From: Minisyncoccota bacterium
Lineage (GTDB): Bacteria; Patescibacteriota; Minisyncoccia; Phycocordibacterales; JAGLOS01
DNA: 64,000 nt
Reading direction: 5' to 3'
Assembly: GCA_023137615.1 (NCBI GenBank)
Contig: JAGLOS010000001.1
Location: 1,067-65,066 of the forward strand
Shown: positions 57,607 to 64,000 of the stretch, piece after piece
Layout of the letters: each line of letters opens with the position of its first letter
Numbering within the stretch: the first letter of the stretch is position 1
The notes under the pieces: generated by a model
What the model was told of the DNA's origin: nothing
Databases searched by the model: none
What the model saw: only the letters and a program-made list of their open reading frames with translations
Program-made: the position numbers and the translations under genes

Positions 57607-60009
57607 TTACTTGCTACTTAATACTCGTTTACTCATCTCACCCAAATTCTTCCCGACTTCAACCGTCACCTCAAGTGGTACGGCAAAGTCAACAGCCTTC
57701 TCCATGGACTCTTTTAAAATTTTTATCACCTCGTCTATCTTTTTATCCCTTACTTCATATACCAATTCATCATGTATCTGTAATACTATCTTTGCATCAA
57801 CTTCGAGTTTTTCTTTCTCAACCCGCTTCTCTGCTTTTTGCATCGCAATCTTAACAATATCCGCCGCTGTCCCTTGGATAGGCGCATTCATTGCCATTCG
57901 TTCTGCCGCCGCGCGAATATATGGGATAGAAGATCTCATCCCACTAAAATATCGACGTCTACCAAAAAAAGTTTCCGAGTAACCGCTTTTTCGCGCCTGT
58001 GCTTTTACTTTTTCAAAATAGTTTGAAATGGTTGGAAATTTGTCAAAATAGTTGTTGTAAAACTCCTGCGCTTCCTTTCTGCCAGTGCCCAAGTTCTCTT
58101 TAAGAGCATTCACCCCCATTCCGTAAATAATGCCGAAGTTGATCACTTTTGCTTTGCGTCGCATGTCTTTGGTCACTTCGTTCTCTTTTACACCAAAAAC
58201 ATGTGTTGCAACAGCCGTATGCACATCTTCGCCTTTCTTAAAAATACTCGTCAGTTTTTCATCACCAGAGAGAACCGCAAGTACGCGCATTTCAATTTGT
58301 GAATAATCAAGTGCCACAAATGAATATCCCTTCTTGGCAACAAATCCTTTACGGATCGCTTTACCTAGATCACCGGTATTTGGAATATTTTGCATATTTG
58401 GATCACTCGACGAAAATCGCCCTGTGGTTGTACCCGCTTGATGTAGTTTTGCATGCACACGTCCATCTTGACCTACCATATTAGGGATCGTATCAATATA
58501 TGTTGAAAGCATTTTTTGCAATTCCCGATATGAAAGTATCTCATCGATGATCTTATGTTCACCGTGTAATTTTACAAGTTCAGACTCCCGAGTTGAACGT
58601 GCTCCTCCCGCTGTCTTCTTGAGCCCTTTGGTAGAAAGATTTATTTTGTCGAACAAAATTTCTCCCAATTGTTTTGGTGAATTGATATTAAATTCCTCGC
58701 CGGCAAGATCCCATATTTTCTGCTCAAAAATAGTAAGCTTTTTATGGTATTTTATTGAAAGTTTTTTAAAATACGGCACGTCTATCAAAATACCGTTCTT
58801 GTGTGCTCTCTTGAGAATGTTGATAAGTGGCAATTCGATATCGTAATATACTTTATCAAGTTTTCGTTTTTTAAGTTCTTCGATAAGGATCGGTGCTGAT
58901 CCTTTAAATGTTTTTTTGTGAGTAAATGTCAAAATATCTTCGAGCGTAGGATTAGTGAGATCGGAATTTATGATCCACAGTGCCAAATTAGCGCGAAGTA
59001 ATTCCGCTTCGTCTATCTCTTCTTGTTTTTCTTCCGGCAACATACTTTCTGTTACACCTATACCCAACACTGTATTAAGACGTGCAATCATACGACGAAA
59101 TTCCAATTCTTCAAAAAGTTTTTCAACTTTATCGATATCAATGGACTCTGACCACGTTTTCTTTGGTAATTCAAACTCGATCGGTGCATCGCGCCTGATC
59201 GTGGCAAGGGTCTTTGAAAAGAGAGCTTCTTCCTCTCCTTCTTTTAAAAGGTTCACTATACGCGGCTTGATCCCCACTTTTTCAAATTTTGATTCGTCCT
59301 TTTTAAGAATTTTATATATATCCTCAAGTGGACCAAACGATGTAATAAGAGTGGTTGCGGTCTTCTCACCAATCCCTTTTATGCCAATGATATTATCGGA
59401 AGGATCGCCACGAAGTCCTTTATAATCCACAAGCAACGCCGGCTCGAAACCAAATCGATCAAACACCGCTTTTTCATCATATAAAATAGTGTCGTTGATC
59501 CCTTTTTTTAAAGTATAGACAAGTACTTTTTTATTATCAACCAACTGCAGTGTATCCATATCACCGGAAGCAATGATCGTTTTCAGGTCTTTTTGCTTTT
59601 TGGTCTTTTCGACGATCGTTCCGAGAATGTCATCTGCCTCAAACCCTACAGCGTCATACATGGGAATATGGAACGCCTCAAAAATATCCCGCGAACGCTT
59701 TATCTGCTCTATGAGATCATCCTCGGCTTTTGCTCTTCCTCGCTTATAGTCATCATAAACTTCATGACGGAATGTCGGCTCCGGAAGATCATAACACGCT
59801 ATAATATGATCCGGTTTCAATTCATCAACGATCTTGATCACCATCGCAGACACTCCATAGAGCGCGCCGGTAGGCACTCCTTTACTCGATACAAAGTTTG
59901 GCAATGCATGATAAGCGCGGTGCAAGATGGCATGCACATCCAAAAGTACCAGTGTTTTTTGTTTTTTCTTTTCTGTCATACTACCAATCAATATCCCTGA
60001 CCGTCTCAT
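57607..60009 (-). CDS. polA: DNA polymerase I (5'-3' exonuclease + polymerase domains)
   Basis: 800 aa. N-terminal 5' nuclease (LVLLDVHAILHRAYHA) and family A polymerase motifs (DYSQIEMRVLA, RRKAKVINFGIIYG, QIHDELV). No room for a full 3'-5' exonuclease domain. Confidence 0.9.
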   Translation of the reverse strand: MRRSGILIGSMTEKKKQKTLVLLDVHAILHRAYHALPNFVSSKGVPTGALYGVSAMVIKIVDELKPDHIIACYDLPEPTFRHEVYDDYKRGRAKAEDDLIEQIKRSRDIFEAFHIPMYDAVGFEADDILGTIVEKTKKQKDLKTIIASGDMDTLQLVDNKKVLVYTLKKGINDTILYDEKAVFDRFGFEPALLVDYKGLRGDPSDNIIGIKGIGEKTATTLITSFGPLEDIYKILKKDESKFEKVGIKPRIVNLLKEGEEEALFSKTLATIRRDAPIEFELPKKTWSESIDIDKVEKLFEELEFRRMIARLNTVLGIGVTESMLPEEKQEEIDEAELLRANLALWIINSDLTNPTLEDILTFTHKKTFKGSAPILIEELKKRKLDKVYYDIELPLINILKRAHKNGILIDVPYFKKLSIKYHKKLTIFEQKIWDLAGEEFNINSPKQLGEILFDKINLSTKGLKKTAGGARSTRESELVKLHGEHKIIDEILSYRELQKMLSTYIDTIPNMVGQDGRVHAKLHQAGTTTGRFSSSDPNMQNIPNTGDLGKAIRKGFVAKKGYSFVALDYSQIEMRVLAVLSGDEKLTSIFKKGEDVHTAVATHVFGVKENEVTKDMRRKAKVINFGIIYGMGVNALKENLGTGRKEAQEFYNNYFDKFPTISNYFEKVKAQARKSGYSETFFGRRRYFSGMRSSIPYIRAAAERMAMNAPIQGTAADIVKIAMQKAEKRVEKEKLEVDAKIVLQIHDELVYEVRDKKIDEVIKILKESMEKAVDFAVPLEVTVEVGKNLGEMSKRVLSSK

Positions 60010-60424
60010 CTACATGTTTTAGTGTCACCCAAAGTGTATTGTCCGGCAGACATTGCCGTACATTTTTCGGCCATTCAATAAATATCAAATTTTGCGGATC
60101 ATTCACAATTCTGTGCCATCCAAGCACGTCAAGCTCGTCGCTTCCTTCAAGCCGATATGCATCAATATGTACAAAACGCGAAAACCGACTCTTTCCTTTT
60201 TTTGGCAGACCATATATCTTCTCTATAACAAACGTCGGGCTCGTGATCGCGCCTTTAACCCCAAGAACATGTGCCACTTCTCTGGTGAAAGTTGTTTTCC
60301 CCGCACCCAGATCTCCTTGAAGTGCCACAACAGTTGCCCAATCTGAATGATATCTTTCGCAATCCGCAACAAGTTTTTTCGCAACAGTCTTTAAGTCTTT
60401 TTGTGTTACTCTCTGCTTTGTCAT
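59981..60424 (-). CDS. tsaE: tRNA t6A37 threonylcarbamoyladenosine biosynthesis protein TsaE
   Basis: 147 aa. P-loop ALQGDLGAGKTTFTR and FVHIDAYRL motif. Confidence 0.8.
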   Translation of the reverse strand: MTKQRVTQKDLKTVAKKLVADCERYHSDWATVVALQGDLGAGKTTFTREVAHVLGVKGAITSPTFVIEKIYGLPKKGKSRFSRFVHIDAYRLEGSDELDVLGWHRIVNDPQNLIFIEWPKNVRQCLPDNTLWVTLKHVDETVRDIDW

Positions 60425-60571
60425 AAGTCCATTCTATCATCATGCTTTGAATTATGAAACAAAAAGAAAAACGCCTTTCGAAAGGCGTTTTTCTTTTTGT
60501 TTGGAGCTTTAGGCACTCAAATTTGGAATAATGTTTTTTGTTTATTCCAAATTTGAGGGCCTATGATCATT

Positions 60572-61843
60572 TTATGCAGGTTGACTGCTTTTCTCTTGTG
60601 TAAAACACACTTCCTGATGTTGTTTCATCTCTTCCATCTCTTCCTCGCGATTTTCTCTCTCTTCTTGTTTTCTTTTCTTTGAAACAAAATGGTAATGAGC
60701 TCTTGAAATGACAACATATATGATCACCAGCCATAGTATCCATTCAACAAATGAATCCGGGAGAATACCTCCCGTGGAAAAAGTATTCGTAAGATATGAT
60801 GTTTTTGATCTTGACGTATCAAATCCAAACGAATCCTTTGGTTTACTTATATTTCCATATTCATCCATCACAAAAAGCTGTTCCCGAATAGTACTGCCCC
60901 ATCCAAGCGCCCTGATGATCTCTTTTTGTTCAGATTGCACACCATTGCTTTTGGGAAACAATTCCGTATCGCCGTTCAACTGCATGTCACCTGATATGTC
61001 ACTCGCCGTAATTCCACAAAACGAAACTCCCCCGGAAGCCGCAGTATCATTGTTTATGCTAGGTTTCGAATCCCCGCTTTTCTTTGTGGTAAACCCAACT
61101 ACCGGACCTTCGGTTACACCCGCATCGGTTGAAACAACTGTTCGGTAGTAGTAGGTAAGGTTCGGAGAAAGACCTTTGATCGTATCGTTTATTTCAACAA
61201 GAGAGCGGCTTGCGGGAACATTTTGTTTCTCTGTCTTATTCCCAAGGTATTTAGACACCCCCCATTCAAACCACCCTTGTGCGGGCAGACCACCGGTAAC
61301 AATAGAACCACGAAGTACTGCGGAAGTATCGGTAGACAAAACAATATTTCCGGCGGAAGTTACAACCGGTTTAATGGTCTCCGACCCTACCGCAGCCCCG
61401 CTTGACGAATTCGAAATTGATGAGCCGCCGGCAACCCACTCATTTATAGTAAATCGTTTTATTTCACCATATATAGTCCGGTTTGTCTGTTTATGTCGAG
61501 CAACAGCACGATACACATACTCAACATTCATATCAAGGTAATACACACTGTCTCGAAAATCATCACTTCCTTTAATTGTTTTTTTACCGGTACTTTGTTC
61601 AAAAACACCATTTTTTCCATATTCAAACCATGCAACAGCACTCTCATTTTCATTATTACCCACAAAACCGGAAAAGACCGACCGGTAATCATCGAGTTTA
61701 ATGGGCGGCTGTGTTACAACTTGGAATGTCGCAGCAAAAGCTCCTTCTGATGAGAACAGACTAAGACTAATACCAACCGAAACGACCAATGCTCCACGAA
61801 GAAGATATCCTGCTATTGAATTTTGTAATTGTGTGAAAGTCAT
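60572..61843 (-). CDS. cell-surface protein with tandem Fn3/Ig-like repeats and C-terminal membrane anchor
   Basis: 423 aa. Signal peptide. Two repeats each with W.EYG...YYYR pattern. C-terminal TM helix followed by K/R/E-rich tail. Confidence 0.5.
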   Translation of the reverse strand: MTFTQLQNSIAGYLLRGALVVSVGISLSLFSSEGAFAATFQVVTQPPIKLDDYRSVFSGFVGNNENESAVAWFEYGKNGVFEQSTGKKTIKGSDDFRDSVYYLDMNVEYVYRAVARHKQTNRTIYGEIKRFTINEWVAGGSSISNSSSGAAVGSETIKPVVTSAGNIVLSTDTSAVLRGSIVTGGLPAQGWFEWGVSKYLGNKTEKQNVPASRSLVEINDTIKGLSPNLTYYYRTVVSTDAGVTEGPVVGFTTKKSGDSKPSINNDTAASGGVSFCGITASDISGDMQLNGDTELFPKSNGVQSEQKEIIRALGWGSTIREQLFVMDEYGNISKPKDSFGFDTSRSKTSYLTNTFSTGGILPDSFVEWILWLVIIYVVISRAHYHFVSKKRKQEERENREEEMEEMKQHQEVCFTQEKSSQPA

Positions 61844-61983
61844 AAGAAATCCTTTAACTTTGAGATATTAGCACAAATTTGTGTTTTTGTCAACCTCAAG
61901 GGTGGAGGTACTTTCTTGCTCAAACGTTGTCTTTGTTATTTCGACCAGCATGCAAGTAGGCGGGCGTTAGAAAGAATAACAAA

Positions 61984-63765
61984 GTGGTAAAAAATAAATC
62001 ATCTCGCAGTAGAATCAACGGGGGTAATCCATTTGTTTTTTCATTCGAAAAACGATATTATTTAGTAACAATGATAAAATTTGACGACAACGATCAAAAT
62101 CTTCGGGTTGACGCTCTTCACAAACAAGAAGAGGAACGTCTTATCGAAATGTTATCTAAAAAATATGATCTCCCTTATATAAAGATCGTTCCTCAAATGG
62201 TCAACATTGAGGCGGTATCACTTATCCCTGAAAAGGTTGCTCGAGAATCATTCATCGCTTCATACGACATACCCTCAAAAAATCAAATTGCTCTAGCTGT
62301 TTTTTCCCCCAACAACCCAAAAACACAGAAAGTCATAGATTCTTTAAACCAAAAAGGCCTTTCCACAACCGTATCGATGGCATCGAGAGATAGCTTGAAC
62401 ATTGTGTGGGAAAGGTACAAAGAAATATCTTTGGCAAAAAAATCTGAGGTCGGGGTTCTTGATGTCACTAGCGATGATATTAGTGTCCTTATGGAAGGGG
62501 TCTCTAATATAAACGAACTTACTACAAAGATAACTGAACTGCTCAACTCAAAATCCACAAACAGACTTTCACGAATATTTGAATTCATCCTTTCCGGTGC
62601 TTTTGTGATCAAATCATCAGACATACATATGGAACCACAAGAGAACGGGGTTCGTGTTCGCTACAGAATAGATGGTGTTCTTCAAGATGTGATAAATATT
62701 GATCATGAAATATACAAAAGGATCAGCACACGAGTTAAGCTCCTCTCCGGTCTAAAATTAAACGTACAAAGAGACACACAAGACGGACGTTTTAGTATTC
62801 GATTTAAAAATACAGACATTGAAATACGCACATCAGTCCTTCCGGGGCAACATGGAGAATCAATTGTTTTACGTATTCTTGATCCTGAATCCATTTCCGT
62901 ATCCCTTGAGGGGCTTGGGATCAATAACCAACTCCTCACAATCTTAAAAAAAGAGATAACTAAACCAACAGGAATGATCCTCACCACAGGACCAACAGGA
63001 GCCGGAAAGACCACCACTCTCTACGCTTTTTTGAAAAAAGTACTTAATCCTGATATTAAAATAATTACTATTGAAGATCCGGTAGAGTACCATATCAACA
63101 ACATTGTTCAAACGCAGGTCAATCGTTCAACCAACTACACGTTCTTGAGTGGACTCCGTGCAGCATTGAGACAAGATCCGGACATTATTATGATAGGTGA
63201 GATTCGAGACGGTGAAACAGCAAAGATCGCCGTTAACGCCTCACTCACAGGACATTTGGTGCTCTCAACCCTGCATACAAATTCAGCGGCAGGAACGATC
63301 CCTCGATTGATCGATCTGGGAATCAACCCAAAAGTGCTTGCAACAGCAATGAGTGTCTCAATGGCCCAGCGTCTTGTCCGCAAACTGTGTAATGATTGTA
63401 AAGTTGCAAGTACACCCAAGGCAGGTGAATTGACGATCTTAAAACATATTGTTAAAAAAATAAACATCAAACATCCCGACTCTCAAGTTACGGTACCACA
63501 AACAATATATAATGCCCGCGAGGGTGGTTGTGAAAAATGTAATGGTGTTGGATATATTGGACGAATCGGAGTGTATGAAGCAATCCTTATGGATGAAACA
63601 ATAGAAGAACTCCTTGATAAAAACCCAAGTGAAAAAGAGATCGTCACCGCCGCGATCCCGCAAGGGATATTCAATATGCAAGAAGACGGTATTATGAAAG
63701 TCATTGAAGGAACCACTTCACTTCATGAACTTGGACGAGTGCTTGATATTGAGATAGATACATAA
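61984..63765 (+). CDS. pilB: type IV pilus assembly / type II secretion ATPase (PilB/GspE family)
   Basis: 593 aa. Walker A TGPTGAGKTTTLYA, Asp and His boxes (IMIGEIRD, LVLSTLHTNSA), tetracysteine CNDC...CEKC. Confidence 0.85.
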   Translation: MVKNKSSRSRINGGNPFVFSFEKRYYLVTMIKFDDNDQNLRVDALHKQEEERLIEMLSKKYDLPYIKIVPQMVNIEAVSLIPEKVARESFIASYDIPSKNQIALAVFSPNNPKTQKVIDSLNQKGLSTTVSMASRDSLNIVWERYKEISLAKKSEVGVLDVTSDDISVLMEGVSNINELTTKITELLNSKSTNRLSRIFEFILSGAFVIKSSDIHMEPQENGVRVRYRIDGVLQDVINIDHEIYKRISTRVKLLSGLKLNVQRDTQDGRFSIRFKNTDIEIRTSVLPGQHGESIVLRILDPESISVSLEGLGINNQLLTILKKEITKPTGMILTTGPTGAGKTTTLYAFLKKVLNPDIKIITIEDPVEYHINNIVQTQVNRSTNYTFLSGLRAALRQDPDIIMIGEIRDGETAKIAVNASLTGHLVLSTLHTNSAAGTIPRLIDLGINPKVLATAMSVSMAQRLVRKLCNDCKVASTPKAGELTILKHIVKKINIKHPDSQVTVPQTIYNAREGGCEKCNGVGYIGRIGVYEAILMDETIEELLDKNPSEKEIVTAAIPQGIFNMQEDGIMKVIEGTTSLHELGRVLDIEIDT

Positions 63766-63767
63766 AA

Positions 63768-63790
63768 AACCGCGACACGCGCGGTTAATG
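63768..63790 (+). terminator. terminator hairpin after pilB
   Basis: aaaaaccgcgacacgcgcggtt. Confidence 0.5.
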
Positions 63791-64000
63791 ATCATATTCT
63801 CTATTCTTCACAACAACACTCTTACGCCTTGGACGCAAGATTAATCCAATAAACTAAGGAGTATTGCAGTAATCATTTGTTGTAAAACAAAGATAAAAAA
63901 AGAGATCATGCTCTTTCCACCACAAAGTCCTCGTCTACTAAACGTGAACGCATTTGGTAAAATGCGTGGTAAAATGCGCGGCTACTGTGAAGAGTGGAAA

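Noticed and set aside
63908-64000. Partial ORF starting MLFPPQSPRLLNVNAFGKMRGK at the window edge
   Set aside because: Only 31 codons are visible with no motif. It cannot be assessed.

Overview
The window is 64 kb of low-GC bacterial chromosome, compact and gene-dense. It carries mostly housekeeping genes: secE-nusG-rplK, murD, pgi, gpmA, metK, rplS, uppS, rpsT, ruvA, polA, tsaE and a class I lysyl-tRNA synthetase. Type IV pilus genes sit in three separate places: pilM/N/O, a PilX-like protein with three prepilins, and pilB. The overall content (class I LysRS, dispersed pilus genes, small proteins, low GC) is consistent with a small-genome Patescibacteria/CPR-like organism, but that is an inference. 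I found seven tRNA genes: His, Leu, Val, Arg-TCT, Ser, Lys and a candidate Arg-GCG. No CRISPR array, rRNA gene or intact mobile element is visible. The most unusual feature is non-coding: nearly every tRNA gene lies in a nest of short repeat families and is accompanied by a partial direct copy of its own 3' or 5' end. Several tRNAs show this integration-scar-like pattern. A second MITE-like repeat occurs in three copies, and one copy supplies the last codons of acyP. Other points of interest are a PP-loop ATPase translationally coupled to murD (possible MurD2/MurL-type D-Glu route), a ribbon-helix-helix::sugar-nucleotidyltransferase fusion beside manC and an epimerase, an ECF sigma with a very acidic DUF5667-like anti-sigma partner, an AT-rich two-gene islet beside an AbrB-like regulator with a perfect tandem-palindrome operator, and an attenuator-type leader plus palindromic operator upstream of metK. 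I cannot demonstrate a complete novel multi-gene system from sequence alone. All functional calls rest on motif recognition in the translated ORFs, not on database searches.
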